A DNA stretch of 64,000 nt, from the NCBI RefSeq assembly GCF_009914755.1, contig NC_060944.1, one strand, 5' to 3'. The notes beneath the pieces were generated by a model. The model saw only the letters and a program-made list of their open reading frames with translations, did not search any database and had not been told where the DNA came from. Position 1 is the stretch's first letter. The number at the start of each line of letters is the position of its first letter. This stretch comes from the human T2T-CHM13v2.0 reference genome, Homo sapiens. A program made the translations under genes and the position numbers. Below are positions 55,397 through 64,000 of this stretch, piece by piece.

Positions 55397-58300
55397 GATA
55401 TGAAGATATTTCCTTTTCTACCGTAGGCCGCAAAGCGTTCCAAATGTCCACCTGCAGATTTTACAAAAAGAGTGTTTCCAAACTGCTCAATCAAAAGAAA
55501 GCTTCAACTCTGTGAGATGAATGTACACATCGCAGATAAGTTTCTCAGATTGCTTCTTTCTCGATTTTATGTGAAGATATTTCCTTTTCTACCATAGGCC
55601 TCAAAGAGCTCAAAATGTCCACTTGCAGATTCTACAAAAAGAGTTTTTCCAAACGGCTCAATCAATAGAAAAGTTCAACTCTGGGAGATGAATGTACACA
55701 TCACAAAGAAGTTTGTCAGAATTCTTCTGTCTAGTTTTTATGTGAAGATATTTCCTTTTCCAACATAGCCCTCAAAGTGCTCCAGATGTCCACTTGCAGA
55801 TTCTACAAAAAGAGAGTTTCAAAACTACTCAATGACAACAAAGTTTTAACACTGTGAGATGAATGCACACATCACAAAGAAGTTTCTCAGATTGCTTCTG
55901 TCTAGATTTTATGTGAAGATATTTCCTTTCCTACCATAGGCTGCTAAGCGCTCCAAATCTCCACTTGCAGATTCTACAAAAAGAGAGTTTCCTAACTGCT
56001 CAATCAAAAGAAAGGTTCATCTCTGTGAGATGAATGCACACATCACAAAGAAGTTTCTCAGATTACTTCTTTCTAGATTTTAAATGAAGATATTTCCTTT
56101 TGTACCTTAGGCAGCAAAGTGCTGCAAATGTCCACTTGCAGACACTACAAAAATAGTGCTTCCAAACTGCTAAATCAAAAGAAAGTTTCAACTCTGTGAG
56201 ATGAATGCACACATCACAAAGAAGTTTCCCAGAATTCTTCTGTCTAGTTTTTATGTGAAGATATTTCCTTTTCCACTAAACGCCTCAAGGTGCTGCAAAT
56301 GTCCACTTGCAGATTCTACAAAAACAGAGTTTCGAAACTGCTCTATCAAAGGAAACGTTTAACTCTGTGAGATGAATGCACACATCACAAAGAAGGTTCC
56401 CAGATTTCTTCTGTCTAGATTTTATATGAAGATATTTCCTTTTCTACAATAAACCACGAAGCGCTCCAAATGTCCATTTGCAGATTTTACAAAAAGAGCG
56501 TTTCCAAACTGTTCAATCAAAAGAAACATTGAACTCTGTGGGATGAATGCACACATCACAGAGAAGTTTCTAAGAATTCTTCTGTCTAGTTTTTATGAGA
56601 AGATATTTCCTTTTCCACCATTGGTCTCTAAGTGCTCCAAATGTCCTCTTGTAGATTCTATAAAAACAGAGTTTCAAAGCTGTTCAATCAAAAGAAAGGT
56701 TTAACTCTGTGATATGAATGCACACATCACAAAGAAATTTCTCACATTACTTATGTCTAGATTTTATGTGAAGATATTTCCTTTTCTACATTAGGGGTCA
56801 AAGCAATCCAAATGCCACTTGCAGAATCTACAAAAAGAATCTTTCCAAACTGGTTAATCTCTCAGAGATGAATGCATGTATAAAAAAGAAGTTTCTCAGA
56901 ATTCTTCTGTCAAGTTTTTATGTGAAGATATTTCCATTTCCACCATAGGCCTCAAAGTGCTCCAGATGGCCACTTGCAGATTCTACAAAAAGAGCGTTTC
57001 AGAACTGCTCAATCAAAAGAAAATTTTAACTGTGTGAGGTGAATGCACACATCACAAAGAAGTTTCTCAGTTTGCTTCTGTCTAGATTTTATCTGAAGAT
57101 ATCTCCTTTTCTACCATAAACCACAAAGCGCTCCAAATGTCCACTTGCAGATTCTACAAAAAGAGTGTTTTCATACTGCTCAATCAAAAGAAAGATTCAA
57201 CTCTGTGAGATGAATGCACACATCAAAAAGAAGTTTCTCAGAATTCTTCTCTCTAGTTTTTATGTGAAGATATTTCCTTTTCCACCATAGGCCTCAAAGC
57301 GCTCCAAATGTCCACTTGCAGATTCTAAAAAAAGAAAGTTTCAAAACTGCTCAATCAAAAGTAAGGTTTAACTCTGTGAGATCAATGCACGCATCACAAA
57401 ACAGTTCCTACGATTGCTTCTGTCTAGATTTTATGTGAAGATATTTCCTTTTCTACCTTAGGCCACAAAGCACTCCAAATGTCCACTTGCAGATTCTACA
57501 AAAAGAGGGTTTCCAAACTACTCAATAAAAAGAAAGATTCAACTCTGTGAGATGAATGCACACATCAAAAAGAAGTTTCTCAGAATTCTTCTCTCTAGTT
57601 TTTATGTGAAGATATTTACTTTCCCAATATAGGCCTCAAAACGCTCAGAATATCCACTTGCAGATTCTACAAAAAGAGAGTTTCCAAACTCCTCAATCAA
57701 AAGAAAGATTTAACTCTGTGAGATGAATGCACATTTCACAAATAAGTTTCTCAGATTGCTTCTGTCTAGATTTTATGTGAAGATATTTCCTTTTCTACTA
57801 TACGCCCCAAAGCGCTCTGAATATCCACTTGCCGATTCTACAAAAAGAGTGTTTCCAAACTGCTCAATGAAAAGAAAGATTCAACTCTGTGAGATGAACG
57901 CACGTATCACAAAGAAGTTTCTCAGAATTCTTCTGTCTAGTTTTAATGTGAAGATAATTCCTTTCCCACTATAGGCCTAAAAATCCTCAAAATGTCCACT
58001 GGCAGATTCTACAAAAAGAGAGTTTCAAAACTCCTCAATCAAAAGAAAGTTTTAACTCTGTGGGATGAATGTACACGTCATAAAGAAGTTTCTCAGATTG
58101 CTTCTGTCTAGATTTTATGTGAAGATATTTCCTTTTGTAACTTTGGCCGCAAAGTGCTCCAAATGTCCACTTGCAGATTCTGCAAAAGATTGGTGCCAAA
58201 ATGCTCAATCAAAAGGAAGTTTCAACTCTGTGAGATGAACTCAGGCATCACAAAGAAGTTTCTCATAATTCTTCTGTCTAGTTTTTATGTGAATATATTT

Positions 58301-58598
58301 CCTTTCCCACCATAGGCCACAAAGAGCTCCAAATGTTCACTTGCAGATTCTACAAAAAGAGATTTTATAGACTGTTTAATCAAAACAAAGGTTTAACTCT
58401 GTGCGGTGAATGCACACATCACAAAGTAGTTTCTGAGATTGCTTCTGTCTAGATTTTATTTGAAGATATTTCCTTTTCTAACATAGGCCACAAAGCCTTC
58501 CAATGTTCTTCTTGCAGATTCTACAACAGAGTATTTCCAAACTGCTCAATCAAAAGAAACGTTCCACTCTGTGAGATGAACTAACGCATCACAAAGAA
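55397..58598 (-). repeat. Alpha satellite, same second family, inverted, dimeric (~342 bp), ~19 monomers
   Basis: gaagatatttccttt...catcacaaagaagtttctcag is the reverse complement of the preceding array; A/B monomers alternate. Confidence 0.95.
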
Positions 58599-59108
58599 AG
58601 GTGAAAACTAAGGACAATATTTTAAACAACAAAAAATACCAAGTATGCATTGAGATTGAGAGGGAAAGTGCTGGGTCCCAAGAGTATAACAGGCACTGAG
58701 CCTAGTGTGGGGCCCAGGCGTCTCTGGCATGGTGACTTCCTAGGTCGTTGTTGTCCCTCCTTGTTGCTCCTGCTGTCTTCTTCGGTTACATTTGCTTCTC
58801 TGCATTTCCTCATTTTACAGTGTGTGGGATGCAGTCGTCTCTGAACAGGAATAGGCAACTGTGCACCTGTTACACCGTGCTTGATGCTCTGCATTGATGT
58901 ACACTGGGCCTAGGTTTCCCTGGTGGACTGCTTGGGCCGTTCTTGTCATCTGGCTCTGAAGTATTTGTTCACAGAAGTGCACTTGCCAGATGGGGAAGCC
59001 AGAGATCTGGGGTCCTCTGATGAGGCCACTCTCGCCCTGCTTATCTTCCCTGACATACCTAACAGATGAAGCTCAGGTGCGCGATGCACCTCAGGCCACA
59101 GTGTGGAC

Positions 59109-59637
59109 TGTTGTAACCAAGCGAGTTATAGACGAACGCCACCCTTTGAGACAAATTGAGGAGTCCTTTATTAGCCAGCGACCGAGAGGCAGCTAACACT
59201 CAAAATTCTCTTGGCCCCGAGGAAGGGGCTGGTTTTGTTTTTATTCCGCACTCTAAATAGGGGAGGAGGGAGTTTAACTGAAACAATTTTTACGGAAGCA
59301 GAGCTGGCAAATAGTTAAAAAATTAATTGGTTATAAAAGCAGTTACAAAACAAATAAACCATTCCAGGTGCAGGGGCTTAAACTATCACAAAGAGAGAAA
59401 TGCGGGGGTTTTGTGTGATATTCACTGAGTGCGTCCCCAGGAGCTGCTGGTGCAGCTTGCCTCAATATCTTATCAGTAAGTGCATTCCTGGACGTGCTTT
59501 TAGTCAATTTACACTAGTTATGGCCTTAAGGGAGGGAGGTAAAGGGGGCTGCACTTGAAGAAACTAAAATAGAGTCTGTCCGGCTCTCTCTCCGCTAGGA
59601 GAGAGTCACTCAGGTTAAAACAAGGTAGGGTATCACA
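59109..59637 (-). mobile_element. LTR6A-like solo LTR (paralogous copy)
   Basis: Same insertion site and ggac TSD (59105-59108 / 59638-59641) as the copy at 21979. Confidence 0.85.
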
Positions 59638-60239
59638 GGACCATGTACAATTCTTCAAACTCCAGCTTCAAATCTCTTTCTTATTGCTCTCTTAAGACAG
59701 TATATTTAGATCAGAGTAAATGAAAGTAATGTTATTAGGAGATAAGATTAAAATCGATCCCATTTGTAAAAAGGGTAATAGATTATTTGTGAACTGTAAT
59801 ACTTTTTTTTAGTGAAGAATCACCTTAAATCTTGGAACCTGGATACAAGATAATTCCTTCATTCTGCAAACGTTTAGTAGCAAAGTATATGCCAGGACTG
59901 TGCTAGGTACTAGGGATACATAGAGTATCCCCAGTATATAGTATATATACTAGGTTGGATATATAGTATAAGATGCCTTGGAGTGTCAGATAGTTTCATA
60001 TAAATGGCTCATGCAGTATATAGACAGTGTGGTAAAAAGAGACCACTGAGATGCACAAAGGACAGACAATAAAGCGTCCTTGAATGGTACATAAACGTGT
60101 TTGGACTTTTCACTCAGGGCTGTTGAAGTTCTTGAAGCTCAGTTGTCTCAGAGTTTCGGTGTTTTCAAGCCCTGCTAAGCACTTTCTTTCTAGCTGATGA
60201 TTGGCCACCATTACTGATCATCTATTGGCTCTGTCTGAT

Positions 60240-60760
60240 TCACCAATCCCACCACTGAGTATTTATGCAAAGGAAAAGAAATCAATGTATGAGAAAGATA
60301 ACTGTACTTGTGTATTTGTTGCAACACTATTCACAGTAGCAGAGATATAAAATCAAACTAAATGTCCATCAACAAATGATTGGAGAAAGAAAATGTAGAA
60401 AATATACACAATGAAATACTATTCAGGCGTAAAAAGCAATAGAATCATAACTTTTGAAGACACATGGATGGAACTGGAGGCCATTGTTGTAAGTGAAGCA
60501 AGCCAGACACAGAGTAAACATCGTATTTTATCACTCATAAGCGGGTGCTAAAAGGTGTGTAGATATTGATGTAGAGAATGGAATGATAATGGAGACTCAG
60601 CAGGGTGAGGGGATGGAAGAGGTGAATAGTGAGAAATTTCTTAATGGGTACAATGTGCATTATTCTGGTGATGGATACCTAAAAGCCCTGACTTCACCAC
60701 TATGCCATCCATGCTTACAGCAAAATTGCACTTGGAACCCATAAATTTATACAAAAAAAG
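60240..60760 (+). mobile_element. Old L1 3' end (paralog of 23080-23600)
   Basis: Colinear with copy 1. Confidence 0.75.
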
Positions 60761-63076
60761 TCTTAGACCTCTCTCTCTTCTCTCATAAGCCTCAGAGCTC
60801 AGTGATCCCCTTGGATCTCCTCAGCCTGCTGAGTTGTGATTTTCCTACCTAAGGTGATTTTGGGCAGAGACAAGGGAGTGTTTCAGGAAGATGTTCTCAG
60901 GCGTACGCTTCTAAAGAAACATTGTAGACTCTTCTACTGGCCTTTATCTAGTCACTGCTTTAAGCAAGGAATAAAACATCTGTGGCTAAAATTTGTAAAA
61001 CTGTGTTTCCCACCCACCCTTCAGACCTGACAGAAGAGTTTTTAGGATTTTAAGGGAACAGCTTTTTCGTGACCCAAAAGGGAACAGTGGTGCAAAGACC
61101 AATGTCACGTAGGTACATTTTCCCCATCTGTAAAATAACTTTCCGATACGATTCCCACACCTGGAATCAGTACAATGTTTTGACTGAGGTATTAGAAAAA
61201 CTTATGAGTTCATTATCATTTGAACATATGAGTAATGTAAAATTTAGGCAGAATTTTATTTGAAAGGATTATTTATGCAATTTTTGATTAAATGATTTAT
61301 ATTGCAGTTATTTCAAACAATAAAAATCAGGTCATTGTGTTGTAAGCTAGAAATATTTACAATAACGCATGGTCTTGTTTATCTCACATGATGAATTGAA
61401 GATTAAAACAAAATAATTTATCTTAGGGAATTCTGTGACCGTTTCTGTTTCTCTTTGCTTTCATAATGACTTCAAACTCTTGTATATATATAGAGAACTC
61501 CTGACTTAAGATTTTTTTTTTTGTCTATTGTGCTATGTTTCTGTAACTTTTTAAGATCTAGAGGAACATACATTTAGTCTCAGTTGGCCAACTAAATGTT
61601 ATGGAGTCAGCTTCTGTGTTATGTGCTGAGTATTGAAGGAAAGGTGGAGACAAGGCTGCTACCCTCGCGGAATCTGCTGAGAAAACCTGATGGAGTGTGG
61701 CAGCGAACATGCTGGGAGCATCCCAGGATGCCAAAAGCGCACACGGATGGAACACCTGCCTTAGAACAGGGGAGGTTCAGACAAGGAGAGGTATCAGGAA
61801 AAACAAGGAAAGTTTAAAATGCAGGAATAGAAACACACTTGAGAAATCCATGAGGAATGAAAAGAGAATGGCGGAGCAGCAGCAGATTGTCAAAAAGGAA
61901 ATCAAGAAGGAGCAGCCAAAGAGGTTGATGGAGAATCAGGAGAAAGAAGGTGACACTGAAGCCAAGGGAAGGAAAGTGTTACAACATTTCTGGGAAAAAA
62001 TGACATGCTCTGTCTTAACCTTGCTGTTTTATGAGCCATATAGCCACATTCCAGGTTCTGAGAAGTCCAGCACTAAAGATGTTTCTTTTAGTTTGCTTAA
62101 CCCAACATTTGCCAGAATAATCTGGGCTCAGTGTGAGGGTGTGTGCATGTATGTGCCTGTGTGTTCTACTAGTATCTCACTGAGGCTAGTGCTGTATACA
62201 ACATAATTTTTAAAACACTGGTTTTATCCATCTTTATGTTCAGCTGCAGCAACATTTACAAAGGTCAAATTTGATCATGTGTCTTCATTACTAAAGGAAA
62301 CAAAACAAACTAATGAATAAAGCCCACCTGGCAGTGGCTCCTCACTACCTGTATGACGGAGCACACCTGGCTTGGTCTGGGTGCCCTGTGCTTACCTGGC
62401 CGTGCTGTCTTCTGCCTGTTGCTTTGCCTCCCCTTTCCTCCTGGAGAAGGTAGAGATGCTCTGAGCTTTGGCCCGTCTGGAACATGTGTCCTTCCCCTCA
62501 TGTGGCCCATGTTTTCCTGAGTCCACTTTAATCTCGTTTAAGGATATAGAACTTTCTTTAAAGCTTTTGGTCAAGTCTCACTCTCTATGCTGTCTTCCTG
62601 CTCCTTCTACAATGTACATACTTTACTGATACATTAATTATGCTATATCAGCCAAGGGTTTTACTTCTATATCATTTTATATCATTATCTTTTTTCTTAG
62701 AGTTTAGTTCATTCATTTATTCAGTCTTTCCACAATATAATTGTATGTCATATAATTTCATATTTATTTTCATTGGCGTCTATATATCTTTTCTGTAAAA
62801 ATGGAGGCTTTCTAAATAGATCTTCATTAATGTTGAAAGAACAAGGTTTTAAGTCTTGGTCTCAGCCAAAAGGAGTTCCCCACATTACCAGGAGGGAAAT
62901 AAACACTTGCATTGTTGCATTAGATATTCTTACAGAGAAAGAGAACCATGTGTAATGGAAAATTTCTAACTTTGCCTCAGGGAGACCAGATTGATTCACT
63001 GAGAAAGTCTGAATTGGTTTAGAAGCATAGTTCGGAGTTTTCTAGAAGGACAAAAGTTAGAGTAGGGCATAAGAAG

Positions 63077-64000
63077 TAATACCCATATCAAAAAAATTAG
63101 AAATATCTCAAATTAACCACCTAACATCACAACTGAAAGAATTAGGGAAGCAAGAAGAACTCAACCACAAAGCTTATAGAAGACAAGAAATAACTAAAAT
63201 CAGAGCTGAATTGAAGGAAATTGAGACATGAAAAACTGATCAAAAGATCACTTAATCAAGGTTTTTTGAAAAAATTAATAAGATAGGGCACTAGCTAGAC
63301 TAATAAAGAAGAAAAGAGAGAAGATTCAAATAAACAAAATTAGAAATGATGAAGGGAATGTTACCACTGACCCCAGAGAAATAAAAATAACAACCAGCAA
63401 CTACTACGAGCACCTCTATACACACAAACTAGAAATCCTAGAAGAGATTAATAAATTCCTGGACACATATACTCTCTCAAGACTGAACCAGGAAGAAATT
63501 CAGTCTCTGAGCAGACCAATTATGAGCTCCAAAAATTGAATCCATAATAAATAGCCTATCAACCCCCCCAAAAAGCCCAGGACCTGATAAATTAACAAAT
63601 TTTAACAGATGTACAAAGAAGAACAAGTACCAGTCCTACTGAAACTATTTCAAGAAATAGAGGAGGAGAGACTCTTCCCCAACTTGTTCTACGAGACCAG
63701 AATCATCCTGATACCAAAGCCTGGCAGTGACACAACAAAAGAAGAAAACTTCAGGCCAGTATCCTTGATGAACATCCATTCAATAATCCACAATAAAATA
63801 CTTGCAAACTGAACCTAGCAACACATCAAAAGGCTAATTCACCATAGTGAAGTAAGCTTCTTCCCTGGAATGGAAGGTTGGTCCATCATGGGCAAATCAA
63901 TAAAATGTGATTCGTAACATAAAGAAAACTAAAGATAAGAACCACGTGATTGTCTCAATAGATGGAGAAAAGGCTTTCAGTAAAATTCAACAAAGCTTCA
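63077..64000 (+). mobile_element. L1 ORF2 fragment (paralog of 25928 onward)
   Basis: Same left breakpoint as in copy 1; 63609-63812 translates to ORF2p. Confidence 0.9.

Larger units (their letters stand above)
58596..64000 (+). repeat. Segmental duplication copy 2 (paralog of 21466-26853), runs off the window end
   Basis: Starts gaaaggtgaaaactaaggacaatat directly after an alpha monomer; same order of LTR6A, L1 3' end, L2 piece and L1 ORF2. Confidence 0.97.

Noticed and set aside
30874-57974. Many short similar ORFs (e.g. HITKKFLRMLLCSFYVKIF)
   Set aside because: These are translations of alpha satellite monomers, not a gene family.
30406-58598. Active centromeric HOR array or CENP-B boxes
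   Set aside because: Monomers are highly divergent, no near-identical long period exists, and I saw no YTTCGTTGGAARCGGGA by eye; ttcgttg at ~31272 and ~53783 is at the wrong position and context.
61697-62206. 169-aa charged ORF
   Set aside because: Overlaps a purine-rich L2-like fragment, and the paralog at 24529 is frameshifted to 102 aa, so coding capacity is not conserved.

Overview
Primate (most likely human) pericentromeric or acrocentric-type DNA. I find no credible protein-coding gene, RNA gene or CRISPR array. Repeat family names come from my recall of consensus sequences, not from a search. Left part (1-21 kb): a retroelement-dense segment dominated by one apparently full-length old L1 (L1MA/L1M1-type, minus strand, ~1856-17815) carrying nested inserts: a THE1 LTR with an Alu, a five-unit CER 48-bp satellite island flanked by a 90-bp direct duplication, two Alus, a complete MST LTR-int-LTR element, and a 5'-complete but 3'-deleted L1PA. 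Right part: a chain of abrupt junctions, namely unique duplicon with a solo LTR6A > L1 ORF2 > L1M 5' piece > SST1/NBL2-like fragment > L1PA 5'UTR stub > ~28 kb of alpha satellite in which I saw no CENP-B box > a second direct copy of the duplicon (58596-64000 vs 21466-26853, ~90-95% identical in sampled stretches). The alpha satellite has hidden structure: a shuffled divergent higher-order repeat, an in-register switch to a dimeric family near 53.85 kb, and an inversion at ~55397. The best candidate for something undescribed is structural: a possible ~37-kb composite repeat, plus microhomology and templated junctions that appear to move satellite fragments. It is not a new gene system.
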